DNA from: Oopsacas minuta
Lineage: Eukaryota; Animalia; Porifera
Assembly: GCA_024704765.1 (NCBI GenBank)
Contig: JAKMXF010000341.1
Coordinates: 94,884-158,883, forward strand
DNA: 64,000 nt
Direction: 5' to 3'
A program made the translations under genes and the position numbers. This document shows positions 26,251-39,499 of this stretch, piece after piece (position 1 is the stretch's first letter; every line of letters begins with the position of its first letter). The notes beneath the pieces are model-generated. The model worked only from the letters and a program-made list of their open reading frames with translations. It was not told where the DNA came from and did not search any database.

Positions 26251-27255
26251 TTGAGTGTAACACGTGCAAATAGGTATTTAGTTATATACATTCGATTGTT
26301 ATGCTGAAATAAATATATGAGCCTTTGATCAAGGTAAGTGTAAGATTGATGTAGAAAATCGATTAATTGACTGGTGAATATAATTCCAATACACTCACTC
26401 TCGCGTATAATATACTTTGGTTTACAGTATTTATTAGAGAATTTTCTATCTGTGTATTGTCAAAATTTCAGGAACTTCTATATTTAGAATTCATTGAGTC
26501 TACTAAACAGATACTTACAGCCATTTTGATTTAGATGCAATGTAATGATTTTAGAGATTCCTTATATATATAGCCGAGTTATAGTATAGTATAGTTTTTC
26601 ACAATACAAAAACCCCATACACTCAATCGAAAAGGTGACTTTCATTAATCCGAAAAAATGACCTTTCTTCGAAGATAGAAAAGCTAATACACAAAAACTG
26701 TACTATAGTATAGCTGAGCAATATACAAGTTAATTGATTATTGTATATATATGACTCACTACAATAATTACAAGCGATTGTAGCTGTCTGGATAGGAATC
26801 TCGTAGGTTGTGGGATCTCAGAGCTGCTATATCTTGAGGATTCACAATACATGTGGTATTTCATAAGTACATATGTCATTTGAGAGAATGAAGTCATACA
26901 GTATCTCGGAGGTATCCCAGCATATGTAATCAAAAGATCATATTCCATTACTCTCAAGTAACAAAATATGTTCATCCTTATGGCTACATTTACTACCCCT
27001 TCCAGTGAATTCGTCCAAACAAATATCTACCACTTTCGGTACAGTAACGACCTCTAAATTGATCAATATGTATTGATAAAATCACTAAAGTGTAAAAGGT
27101 ATAAACGTATAGTACAAAACTATAAAATATGTTTTTATAGTTGAGGTATAATTAATATACCAAAATATACATTATGTATACCCATTAACTTGTCAGAATG
27201 GAAAGTGATATTTTATTACAAAGGCCCTAGTACTTGTGGATATCAACATCGCAAA

Positions 27256-27757
27256 TCTATAATATTAAATCTCAATTGTTGTTTGTTTGTCCGTTGTCAA
27301 GGAAAGGATTTACAGTATGCAATTTTGAAAAGGTCGCATAACTATGTATTTATCGTGTTTATCAAGGAAGTAAAATAATTCAATAAAACTGCACTAAATA
27401 TATCGAACATGCTGAATCCGATTTTCACACTTTTGGATTAATCATATGTAAATTTATTGTTGATTTATGAATATAAAGTAAACAAATTAGCAAATCATAA
27501 AATATACGTACAGGCTTGCTCTAAACGGCTACACAGGGGTAAGAAAGTACGCTGAATCCAAATTTCCGATTTTCAAATGTCTATTATGTAAATATAATGT
27601 TAGTTTATGAATATATAGTCAACAAATTTCAAAATTGTGGTAGAAACATGTTTGCTACGGTTAAGATTCTGAGTTTATGTACTCGAGGGCCATAACCCCG
27701 AGTGTGGACATGAATAGTGTTCGTAACCGCATAGCGCCAGCAAGCGAAGCGCGCTCG
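27256..27757 (+). mobile_element. Apparently complete non-autonomous Helitron-like element
   Basis: Inserted between A and T. Begins TCTATAATATTAAATCTC followed by GTTTGTTTGTCCG, and ends with a GC-rich hairpin region (gcgccagcaagcgaagcgcg) then CTCG|T. No TSD or TIR. Confidence 0.7.
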
Positions 27758-28851
27758 TGCAAAGTGGAACACAATATTTGAGTTTTGATAATATATATAA
27801 TTATATATGGGTTACATGCAAAATATTATTAATTAGAATAAATAGCTAGAAAATTAGTTTTATGCCAAATATCAATAGAAAATTGGAAATGGGGGAATTT
27901 TCCTATTATCTTCTCAATCCAAAATTCTTAAAAGATTCAAATAGCTTTTTGAAGCTGTTGGTACATTTTTAATATCACGATTTATACCGAAAATTTGTAA
28001 AGAAGTTGTCTCAATGTAAATGAATTCCACATACGTATACAGAAACCTCTAGAAATTTCAATTTGCATCAAAGATTCAAAGCATATTTCAGCAAAGATTC
28101 ATTTATTAATTGATACAATAAATAATCTTATTAATCTATTTGAGTGCATTTCAGATAGTAATACTTCTTAGTCTACACTCCAAATAACGTATTTGATTAT
28201 TTCTTAATTAAATTCGCATTTGCCTTCATATTATGTGAACTAGCCCAGAATTCAATAAAGCAATTAGTATAGATGTTTGATATATCTAATGTATACAATG
28301 CACAAGTTTCAAATTAAATTGGATAATTTCCAACAAAAAGTGAATTACGATTTGATTTATTTAAATATTATTTGGTAGTGAAAGGGTGTCGTGATTCTGA
28401 TCTACATACGCATACATGCCTGTCTGACAACCAGCTGACTGAATGATTATTTCATCACTAAACGAGAGTTGTATTCATCTGATTTAACGTATATTTTGGT
28501 GTGTCAACCAACTTTTGGTTTTCTTGTGAGTTGCATAGGATTAATCAATCATCATCTACAGTAGGAGTAGGTAAACTCCTGTGGGTGTCTGGGACGATTT
28601 GATTGAGGAGTGTTATGATTTGCTTCTATACTATATGTTACGCATAAAATTATAATCTAATTAACTCACCTCATTATAAGCATACCAATATTACGTATTT
28701 AGTATTCTATTATTAAACAGCTTAACATTTACATTCTGTATAAGCCGATTAGTATAGGTAATAGCTTATATCCTACATAGGTAACCTAGTTAATTTGTAC
28801 AAGCTTTACTCTTCAACTCAAATGAACTCCTTGGTAATTTTTTCTGTGATA

Positions 28852-29006
28852 CAGTGAAACCTGGATAAACCGACAACTGTAATAATCTGAGTGTTTCTTC
28901 TCCGAAATAGCTTCCGAAAATACAAATTCACCTGTATAATCCGACAATTTGCTAAACCGACAAATTTTCATTTCCCAACGAGTGTCGATTTATGCAGGTA
29001 TCACTG
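28852..29006. mobile_element. Tc1/pogo-type MITE, same family as 15219-15338
   Basis: TIRs CAGTGAAACCTG / CAGGTATCACTG with TA flanks. Confidence 0.8.
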
Positions 29007-30126
29007 TATTCACAGCCCAGACGGTTAATAATCATATACAAAATTATATACGTATGAAATTCAAAATGGTAATACAAATAAATTAATATACAAAAGCGTA
29101 TCATTCGGATTAAGCAAATCAAAAAGGCCAACTCTCACGGGCTATCCGTGAGTGAAGTGAAACCTCCAAGCCATTTATTCGCTGTACATATTGATGCAGA
29201 GAGGCCAAATCTCAAGCTTGGTGAGACGCTAGGTTGGCATTTATGCCGTACCAGTATGAGATAAGTTGGCCCAGATTATAGAATTCTATTTACTTTTGAA
29301 CATTCCAATTAATATATTAATTAAAATACTTATAATTGACATGCACTTAGGTTAAAACATTTGTATATATCATAGATTGATTTTTTGCATCAGCAAATAT
29401 TTTGAAGTAATCAATATTTGGCGGACATAGAAATAGCTCATCAATTTCCATAATTGTTTTATACTTAAATCGTCCAAAATAGTGCAAAATGTCGGTAGCC
29501 AAATGTGAATATTCTGTTGTATCTATTATCATCATTTTATTAAAATGAATCGTAATATTTTCCCTAACTAATATATTTGATACTTAGTTATTCTTAGTTG
29601 GCCAAAACAGGCTAAAGTTGTGCAGAGATCTTCACTGACTGTAGATTATATATTTTTGTGCATTGTAATTACTAAAACCAAGTAGAATAAGTCGAATCAT
29701 ACAAGTTTTGAAAAATAAATATAGTCTAAAGGTGGATGACTTCCTGTTTTGATGCATAAAAATTGATTTTTCTGATGTTCAAATTTCTAGAAATATCTAC
29801 GTATATACTCAATGCATTTATTAACTTAATAACATTTGTGGATTCATTGGTGCTTAATCTTTATTTCATTGCGTATTTTAAATTAATATAAGATCTAGTA
29901 ATTAAGACAGAGCTATCCCTTCGCTTATCATTATTGTAGGGAATGGCCTCCCACTTTTCAGCCCCTCCGGCAACTGATTTTATTTAATTATAAATAGAAT
30001 TTTGAAAATCTTTTATAGCATTGCTAACTACACAAATAAAATTTACAATAAAATTATATTTTGATTATTTGCAGGAACACACGAATAATTAGCGCAATTA
30101 TTAGCGGATTAAATATCGAATTAATC

Positions 30127-30441
30127 CTAATAACTCTCTTCATGAAATTGATCCAACATTCCCATCAGCTCGAGATACATCTTGGTTTCTTGTAGCCGGT
30201 CAAGCTCGAGAAGGAGGTGCTGATACTCTAGTTGCAGTTCTTGTTTCTCCTCTTCCAACGCTAATTCGTATTGCTTTTGCTTGTTTCGTTGTGCCTTGTT
30301 ATACTGACTCATCTTTTTGAGTCGTCGCGAGTATTTCATCTCTTTGGCCTCCTCGGGGCTAATATCATTCACTTTAATGAAATTATTCAATTGTTTTATG
30401 TCAATTTCCGCAAACAGATAATGGAATTGATCGGTGGCCAT
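30127..30441 (-). CDS. Small Maf-like bZIP protein with a divergent basic region
   Basis: 104 aa intronless ORF. DIKQLNNFIKVNDISPEEAKEMKYSRRLKKMSQYNKAQR aligns with the Maf extended homology and basic region (RELN..L.GLSKEE...LKQKRRTLKNRGYAQSCR), followed by a leucine heptad zipper. Confidence 0.8.
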   Translation of the reverse strand: MATDQFHYLFAEIDIKQLNNFIKVNDISPEEAKEMKYSRRLKKMSQYNKAQRNKQKQYELALEEEKQELQLEYQHLLLELDRLQETKMYLELMGMLDQFHEESY

Positions 30442-31053
30442 CTTGTTCAGAATGCTTATTCCCTGAAATGTTTTTACTTAATATTTGTCCCTCGTGTCTA
30501 TATTTATACTTGTGTGTTTCGACCGAACTAAACGCAATCACTGGAGTGCGAACTGCAATACAGTGCTATCACCTCCAATGCCATTACCATTGCTAATTAA
30601 TAGTACAGTACACATATATATGTATATCACTTCTATCCTCAGCGACAGCAGGCTGTAAGTCTGGAAAGGTTGAAACTCACAAAAAGGAATTCATGTGATT
30701 TTAAAATCATAAATAGAACTAGACAGTCTTTCTAGATTAATAGGATATGCCATTGAAAACCAACCTCACTTAAGGTAATATGAGATTGTATAGTGGAATA
30801 ATACAACATGAACCAGTGACATTCCCACAGATGATGAAAGCGGATCATTTTCATAGTCTTAACATTTTTGACAACAATTCACTCAAAAATATAGCAAACA
30901 TGATCAAAATATGTTAACATTAAATACGTACAGTAGTGTATTAAATTAATGTATTTGATATTTTGCTTGCGTTGCTTTTGTTCTACGTACTGCAGTTACA
31001 AGTATAAATATCGATATAAGGGAGAATAATTAAACAAAAATAATACAAACCAG

Positions 31054-31368
31054 ATGGACAGTTCATTTTACAACATGATTGCGGATGTTGAGGTTAAAAA
31101 ACTCAATCATTTTATTAAAATGAATAATATCAGCCCTGAAGAAGCTAAGGCAATGAAATACTCGCGACGACTCCGGAAGATGAGTCAGTATAACAAAGCA
31201 CAAAGGGATAAGAAGAAGCAATATGAAAGAGAGTTAGAAGAGGAGAAAGAACAATTGCAAAGAGAGTACGAGTATATTCTACATGAAGTTAACATGTTGA
31301 AAGAAGCCAAAATGAATTACGAATTAATGCAAATACTGGATAACTTAGAGCAGCGATATTATACTTAA
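31054..31368 (+). CDS. Small Maf-like bZIP protein, paralog of 30127-30441
   Basis: 104 aa with the same length and a near-identical core (ISPEEAK.MKYSRRL.KMSQYNKAQR). Divergently transcribed about 610 bp from its paralog. Confidence 0.8.
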   Translation: MDSSFYNMIADVEVKKLNHFIKMNNISPEEAKAMKYSRRLRKMSQYNKAQRDKKKQYERELEEEKEQLQREYEYILHEVNMLKEAKMNYELMQILDNLEQRYYT

Positions 31369-34300
31369 TACTGTAAGCGAGAGATATTTGAGAAGATTCA
31401 TGATTATTCCTTTAAACGTTTTAATGCTTTTAATACTGCTAGTAATTAATTAAAATAATATTAATGCGAGTTCACTTTCTAATAATTAAAGAAATAATTT
31501 GAAATTATGGAATTATCAACTGTAATCCAATACAATATACTTATTATCCCTCAATATTCCAGATGTATTAGCAAACAATATGTCATCATTGTGTCTTAGG
31601 GGGCTATTGCATATTTATTATGTACAAGTTGGATTTATGAGTGCATACAAACCACTACCTAACTTGTGCATACAATTAGCTTCTTACATACTGAAAGAAT
31701 CAGCATACACATACCAGGTAACTCAAACACAAAGACAGACAACAATAGCAATTTAGTTATTATAGATCTTCTGTTAGAACATTGAATCAAAGAATATTAC
31801 ACTTTTGTAAGAAAAATATATCAAAGTTATAATTTAACAATTTAATATGTACTACTACCAGTAAGGAACTTGTGAATGATGGTCATATAATATATTCTCA
31901 ATATGACTGGAGAAAGTACACTCTTGCTAACTCACTTGTCCTCCTCTAATTTTGTCCAATGAGTTTATGGTACTCGTAAATCGAGATCAAGATGTCAACA
32001 ATCAACTAAGATTTAAAGAAGATCATATAAATACTCTGTTCGTGTCATCAGATATGCTACCAATACTTAATTCTTGTCATGTAATTTTCACTACGCCATG
32101 TAGGCCCCCAATTTTCGAGTTTCCGAATACCGATCATCTCCCGGTTCTTTGAGTAGATAAGTTTTCAACAGTCTACAATTACATCAAACAGAATTGATAA
32201 AGATGAAAAACCTGAAAACAAAGTGCACTTCTTATCTGAGTTCTATTCTAGTTGTTAATCTACCGCCTACCAATAATACAATCAATTATTACTGAATTCG
32301 TTGCGAGTATTTTCTCCTATTTACAATCAGTATAGCCTAACCAATATTCCTCAAACATTGCTGTCATAGAGACACTGAATCTTACATTGAGAATAACATA
32401 ATAATATTGATGTGAAACCGAGGTTAAACGGCGACCTAAACAATGTATAATGGCTGAAGAATTCGAAAATTTGGAAACATGCAGAATGACCTTGGGTGTG
32501 TATCTCAAGTCTCGATGAATTGAAACTTCAGAAATGGTCAAGGTAGAGAATATAAATGGACATACTCTAACTTTATACAGTTACCAATCAATTCAAATCT
32601 GACTGCAACGGGCCTGAGGTCGACTATCTCTAATCAGTATGGTAGATAATTATCAATGTCTTATCCATCCAGGTTACTATCTACTGCTGTTATTTGACTA
32701 ATTCAACACTATATTAATCAGCCGATATTTCTACCAATATTTCTAATTTAGCTGAATCTTTAATTTTGGACAATCGGAAGAAAAGTTGGATATATAAATA
32801 ACAATTAGACTTATCATGTTCTTGTAATAAATAATACTTCCTAGGTCAGTATTTAAATTAGATGATGGAATTAACTTCAGCTGCTGATTTGTTGATGTGA
32901 CTTGCATATAACAGCTAATATAAATTTCAACCTGTTGATAACCATCAACACATTAGATTGACAATCATATATAATAATTTATGAATAATTTCCACCAGAA
33001 AAGTAATGTATAGGAGATCATATGATGATTCAAATATAGTGCGAAATAGAGGGAGGGATAAAATTCACGTCAAACCAAGTGACAAATTTTAATTTGTTGG
33101 AGCCCTGATGTTCAGTCAACTAATCTGGTAACATCAGATTAAGTTATGGCTATATTTCTCAAATATATGAAACTTAATCATTGACCCACGCTTAAATTTG
33201 TGATATTTCCTTGTATGATCTGGTCAATTGAAAACTAGTACTAGTAGAGTAAAATCAATTTTGAGAGGAAACCTTATACTATCACTTGATACTAACTTAT
33301 GATATTCTATGTATCTTGGACCAAAACTATTGGCGATATCTCTTCACGATATAATTTGGATAAACATTAAAGCGCGTAAAAGATACGACTGTGCTAGGAA
33401 ACAGAGCAAAATTGGTTAAATTTATCTTCCGACTCAGCTGAGCAATAGTTTTACAGCCGATCCATTTCAAAAGTGTCCCTATATGTAATCTAGGCCAGTA
33501 ATTCTACGACAAGTTGTATTATTATAACTACATGTATCTTAGAGGTTAAAATCTATTTCAATTTACAACTTATCTAGGTGATTAAAATTCTACCACATGA
33601 TACTAAGTTAGTAAACAAATAGTTTACTAAGTACAAATCTCGATTTCAGTTACATTGACCAACTACTAAAACCGTAGACAAGTATTTGTTACTAAATACT
33701 ATTAATTAATGATAGATCGTTGAAGTTTATACTCATATGAACTACATGTTAACTGAAGGGACATTTATTGGATAAAGAATTGTGAATTTGTGGTATCATT
33801 TAATAATTACTAAATTAATAAATATATCCTTTTACATCAAGCTAGAGTGATTATTTCGTCTAATTTGGGTGTTCTACCAATTCCTGACAATGTCATATTA
33901 TTCTCACTGAGTGTTCAGCAGGGTTGCCGTGGGAAGCGGGTGGTGTTTAGCAGATACAAAAATTAGAGGGCTGATAATTAATAATAAAGCCTATTTAATT
34001 GTTCTAATGTTTATTTAGAGCAGTAGAAAAGAAAATTTAAATCGCTTTTCCAATCACCTATCATTATCTATGTCCTTGACAAAAGCATGTCAGTAGAATT
34101 TTGTAACATAAAATGCTAGTATTTAGTTGCTGAAGTGGTATGATACCGCTGACAAGAGTACTTCTGATTAATTAGAAGATAGTTTGCATGACTTAAGACT
34201 AAATGTTTAAAGGTAATAATACATAAATCCAATATATACATGTTTAGATGTGCGTCAAACTGAATTGGCAGTGTTGTAGAGTGAGTATAGTTACACAAGT

Positions 34301-36524
34301 TATAATTCAGATAATTGGATTTGTTAATTTCAAGTGGCACTGCAAGCAAAAGTATTTCTAAGAATAGTTATTGATTAAGTATTACTATTTGTTTGGCGCT
34401 AATCTAATAGATTAATAGTTGAATAGCAATGACAAATTAGTAATCTTACCCTGCACTAACTCAACATATATTTATTAAAAAGATACCACAAACAAGAGTT
34501 AACCATTGATTTGTCATCAAAGATATTGATAAATTAGGATAAATGCTACTATTTCCATTCTAGATAATGATTTATCAGCAACTCTTTATCTTGTGAGAAC
34601 AAACATCATATGGACTGCAACCCAATAATATGTTTAAACGTTTGGTAATTAGTACTAATACCAAACACATAAATCAAGAATATTTCTTTAGGTTATCTAA
34701 TGAATAATCCGTTCATCCATGTAGGGAATTACAATAGAATATATTCATAGCATTTGAATTAAATTTATTTCACAAATCATTATGTATAAAGTCTCTCACT
34801 CTCAGTATTATAGCCAAGAATTTCGTCTCAGGGTTCACCGTTCACAATAAGTACTTCTACCGCTATCCGTGAATATAATATCCCTATTAATTAGTAATCA
34901 GCTGTTTTAGTACATACAACACATCTTATTTGCTTAGAGATATACTTTACTTTCATTTTAAGTATCAAAGTTGCGATGTTAATATTCTATAATAGGAGAA
35001 AGGTTGTAGGGTTCTAAAACACCGATTCTGCGTACTTGGCTTTGAAATTCAATGAGCTTTGCTATGTTTTTAGATGATATAAGAAATAGGAGATTGTCAG
35101 ATCACTGAATTCTCCAGAAATGACATTCATTGCAACTATTCGCTTATACTATTGTATTGTGGATTACACGATAGTAATGAATGTAATTATAGAGATAGTA
35201 CGAACTAAAATACTTGCTGATATCAACTGTATTTACAACTGAGGAGAGATTATGGATGAGATATGATAAACCAAAATAATAGACAGTGTAGTTTATCTGG
35301 AGAACTAGATTTCAATATTATACTGTTCTTTGTTCGCAATTTTATTCCCTCAAGAGGATCCATCGTCCATGAGGGTTAATATTTTGCCTGAGGTTCTCTA
35401 TCCAAGGGCCTCAATATTTGCAAAATTTATCATAATTATCTATCATAGTAAATTATACGTACGAATAGTACTTAATTTTTATATTGACAATCTGGCATAC
35501 TTCCTTTACTTCATGAACTCATACGCCATCAATTAAATATATAGTTAAACCTGAATAAGACGTAAATTTGGATAGTACTAGCTTCACTGGTCCGATACTG
35601 CTGCAATACTAAATGGATATAATCGATCCAATTGCCTTATACCTTAGTTAGTTACCCAGAGGTTCAAATTCATATATAATTCCAATTTACGAGCTGACAC
35701 CAAGTTTATACAATAAATATTAAATGAATAATTAACAGAATATACGAATGACAATTCAGTGCAATTTTGTAGGTCGAAAAAGTGGGAAATTTCAATTTTA
35801 CGGCAATTGTGTAAATCGTCGGGCTAAAATTTAGCATTAATTACGAGCGTAACACACTGACTGTTGTGATGTTAAATATGGTTTAGGCCTGAATACAACA
35901 TAATTAGAACTAAATAAAAAATGTATAGACATTTGGTCGGGTTCCAGAGAAATCAAATAACATAAATAGTAAGTACCATGAATCATAGTTATCTCTTAAT
36001 GATTCTATCAACAAATCCTGCTCCTTTTCGTGGAAAGATGAATCATCCAGAATCCTTAAGTTTGGGAATACAAATAATACTTAAAGTGTTCTACAAGTAG
36101 CTGGGTATACGTATTGGTTCTGCGACATATCAAAGCTGGTTTCGCACCTGTATAGCTGTGACAATATTCTAGAATATCCAGTATACATCCTATACATCTC
36201 ATTAGCCCCAGCAGAAATTTTGGTTATTGCTAGACTAATATAATATATATTGCCGCTGTCCTAGTGGAAAAGAGGTTCTCATAATTATTGTAATAAGGTG
36301 AAAGCCTAGGGCAACTCATCATGAGGATTTTGAATGTAAATCCATTCATAACAATTATTAACAAAAGCATGCATTTTATGGTTAATTCTTAATAAAGCCT
36401 GCTTAATGGCTATATAAATAATTTATTTCATTAAGAGACACATGGGAGTTTCATTGTTACGAGCTAACATTTAAGGAACAACATTTCTATCTACGTATAA
36501 CTTTGCAATAATACGAATCATTGA

Positions 36525-38048
36525 ATGGGAATGGAGGGAATTAGTAAATTCGTAAAGAGATTTGGATGGATATTCAAAGAGTTACACTGTTTAAATAAAC
36601 TGGCATTAGTCGGAGCATCGAGTCTACTGAGTGATGCTATTCAACTGAAGACAGGCACAATTTTCATTTCGAGGACATCTGAGAACGAAATTAGCGAGCA
36701 AGATAGTGCATTATTCCTCGGACAATCCATAATAGGTATCACAGCATATGTTATAATACAGGGGATTTCCATCGGAATGAGTGCATTGTGCTCACAAGCA
36801 TACGGTGCTAAGAATCACAAATTAGTTGGCATCTACTTTATGCGAGCTTTGCTGATCGCTTCTCTTACATGTTTCCCATTATGGGGTATTTGGATGAGTG
36901 CAAAACCTATAGTGTTCCATTTTACAGGAGATAGCGTGTTAGCAGAAGGGACTGGGGATTACACTTCAATCTTTTGTTTTGGATATCCTGCATTTGTATT
37001 TAATAAACTAGCCAACGGATTCTTGCAATCTCAGAACATTATATATTTCATTCTGTCTATAATTGTTATAGGAAATGTTATCAATGTGTTCCTACAGTAC
37101 TTACTTATTGTTGTGATACCTCTAGGGATAAAAGGCTTATCGTTATCCTACATCGTTAATTTGAATATTGTTTCACTGTTAACATTCGCTTACATACGAT
37201 TTACAGCTGTTCATCTTGAGAACTTCAGTGGATGGTCGTTTCACTTCCTATCAGGCTGGTTACATTTCTTATGGTATGCATTATCATGTTCAGGACAATT
37301 ATTCTTAGATGTGGTTGTGGCAAGAGTAGTTCCTATCGTGGTTATTGGATTCATCATTAGAGATAATGATCAATTCGCACTAATAGGGATTTTGGATATA
37401 GTATGGTTTACATGTACCTGTGTGGCAATTGGATATGGAAACGGAACTGCGATTCGTATCGGGAATCTGCTTGGAAGAGGCGAATTACAGAAAGGGAAGA
37501 ATACTGCTGTAATAAGCTTAGTGTTTATGTTATTTCTAGAATGTTGCTTTTGTGTTCTAATATTCTTGCTAGCTAGCCCTGCTTCATACCTTCTTACTTC
37601 TGTAGAAGAAATGAGAGAAAAGATTGAACTTGGAATGAGGATCTTAAGTATTACCATCATAGCAGATATGTATACAACAGTTAGAGGTATATTCACTGGT
37701 TGTTGTCTCCAGTTTTATGCAACACTGGTTCAATTTGTTTTTATGGTTGTATTTTCACCTCTCGCAGCATTTATAGTATTCTATATTCCTTGGAGAGCAG
37801 CAGGATATTACCTCATTCTCTCTATAGGATCTATGATATCTGCCTTGATTGAGATAGTCATTCTTTACTGCTGTAATTGGAACAATATCCATGAATTGGT
37901 TTTGCGGAATACTGAGATGAAAAACAAATTGACAATAATTGAACTTCCGATCCAATCTAGACGCGAAAAGACTTTCTTGCTATTACGCTACATTATGCTG
38001 TTATTTATTGGAATTTGGATTTTCGTGTTTGCATATTTTTGCCTTTAG
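36525..38048 (+). CDS. MATE (SLC47-like) multidrug and toxin extrusion transporter
   Basis: 507 aa intronless, multi-TM. MATE motifs GMSALCSQAYGAKNHKLVGIYFMRALLI, FLQSQNII, GNVINVFLQYLLI..LGIKG, IRIGNLLGRG. Confidence 0.92.
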   Translation: MGMEGISKFVKRFGWIFKELHCLNKLALVGASSLLSDAIQLKTGTIFISRTSENEISEQDSALFLGQSIIGITAYVIIQGISIGMSALCSQAYGAKNHKLVGIYFMRALLIASLTCFPLWGIWMSAKPIVFHFTGDSVLAEGTGDYTSIFCFGYPAFVFNKLANGFLQSQNIIYFILSIIVIGNVINVFLQYLLIVVIPLGIKGLSLSYIVNLNIVSLLTFAYIRFTAVHLENFSGWSFHFLSGWLHFLWYALSCSGQLFLDVVVARVVPIVVIGFIIRDNDQFALIGILDIVWFTCTCVAIGYGNGTAIRIGNLLGRGELQKGKNTAVISLVFMLFLECCFCVLIFLLASPASYLLTSVEEMREKIELGMRILSITIIADMYTTVRGIFTGCCLQFYATLVQFVFMVVFSPLAAFIVFYIPWRAAGYYLILSIGSMISALIEIVILYCCNWNNIHELVLRNTEMKNKLTIIELPIQSRREKTFLLLRYIMLLFIGIWIFVFAYFCL

Positions 38049-39499
38049 ACGAAATAAATTTACACTTGACAATCTAATACAGAGCTCCAAATGGGTCAAT
38101 TGAAGTGACCCATGACTAATAAGAAAATTGTGTACTGTTATGTTGTTCAGGAGGTATTACTAGATATTGAATCAAAAATACTACAAATGTGATAATTTGA
38201 TTAACAACCACGTGAAGAGTCACAAATGCTTTACAGCTGTTGTTCAAGAATATTATGCGATTTCAAAGGCCAAATGTGTGGCAAATGACAAATTTGAATT
38301 TTCCTCAGGTAAAACTCCGTCCCGTTCACTAAAATAGGGAACACTGAATTTTATGCCATTGAAATCAATTGATTACTAGAGAACTAAGGACAATAATGGA
38401 GCTGAAAATTGTACATATAATTCGAAGTTGCGTACTAACCGAGTTCGTTTAAACTTGTAGGTGTGATTATAAACGCTTGTGAACACTCCTTGACAGTAGA
38501 AGGTTCCCTTCGAGCCAAATCTCCATTCACAGAAATCAATCTACTCGTGACATGCATTCAATGCAATGAATAGGCTATAGCTATCAGCCTACACATGCTG
38601 ATAAGCTGATAGGGGGATATTACCCAGGGCCCGAAAGGTCATGTCGCCCATCGCGACGTCAATCTCTGATGACTGGTGAGTGGCGATAATGTAATGCAAA
38701 CTAATGAAATGTCGAAACCAGCGTGCACCTAACAAGACTTACCCCTTATACACATTTACTTTGTCTAACCATGCAATATTTCGTGTTTATATTTATTTGT
38801 CAAATATAGAATGCAAATATAAATAAGAATGCTTAATTTCGAATTCAAACATATACTTACTTAGTAGACGAATACTTCTATTTCAATACGAATTCAAATA
38901 CGCAATTTTCAACTCAGGATGGATTCTTATCATCATAAGTCGGGGAATAAGAAGAGAAAGGAAAATATATCAAGGGAAGAAAGTGCCAAAAGAGGGCAGA
39001 GATTAATTTCCAAGTTTTTGTCCCAGATGGAGAGCACCCTACTAATACTGATGATGCGGTGATGGGTTCTTTAGAAAGTGACGTAAAATCACCCGACCGC
39101 TCTATGTCTGATTCATAGTTTTCAATCATCTGGCTGACCATGTGTGGGTCAGGCTTAATCTAAATATGTGCAGCGTATACAGAATGTACGTCTAGCAGCT
39201 GTTTTGAATCACCCTCAATATTCTGCAATTGAATTCTATCATAAGAAACCATAACAGAAACTAATTTCTAGTACTAAGTATATCCACCCAAAATAAAGGC
39301 TTATATCGAGTGTAGAATTGTAACTAGTTGGTTTTCATTTGAATTTGATTGTAAAACACGATACTATATAAATGCACACATTTGCTGCAATTACCTAGCA
39401 AAATTGGGGCTAAGATTTAGTACTAGATCCCTAAAATACTTGGTTTTGAAACCACTCCCGGCACCCTCCTGATAAACCTGGTCATAATTTCCCGTATTC

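Noticed and set aside
31952-32152. Several in-frame TGA codons on the minus strand, suggesting TGA recoding or a mitochondrial insert
   Set aside because: All intact genes use TGG for Trp and standard stops, no mitochondrial protein is recognisable, and decay or antisense chance explains it.
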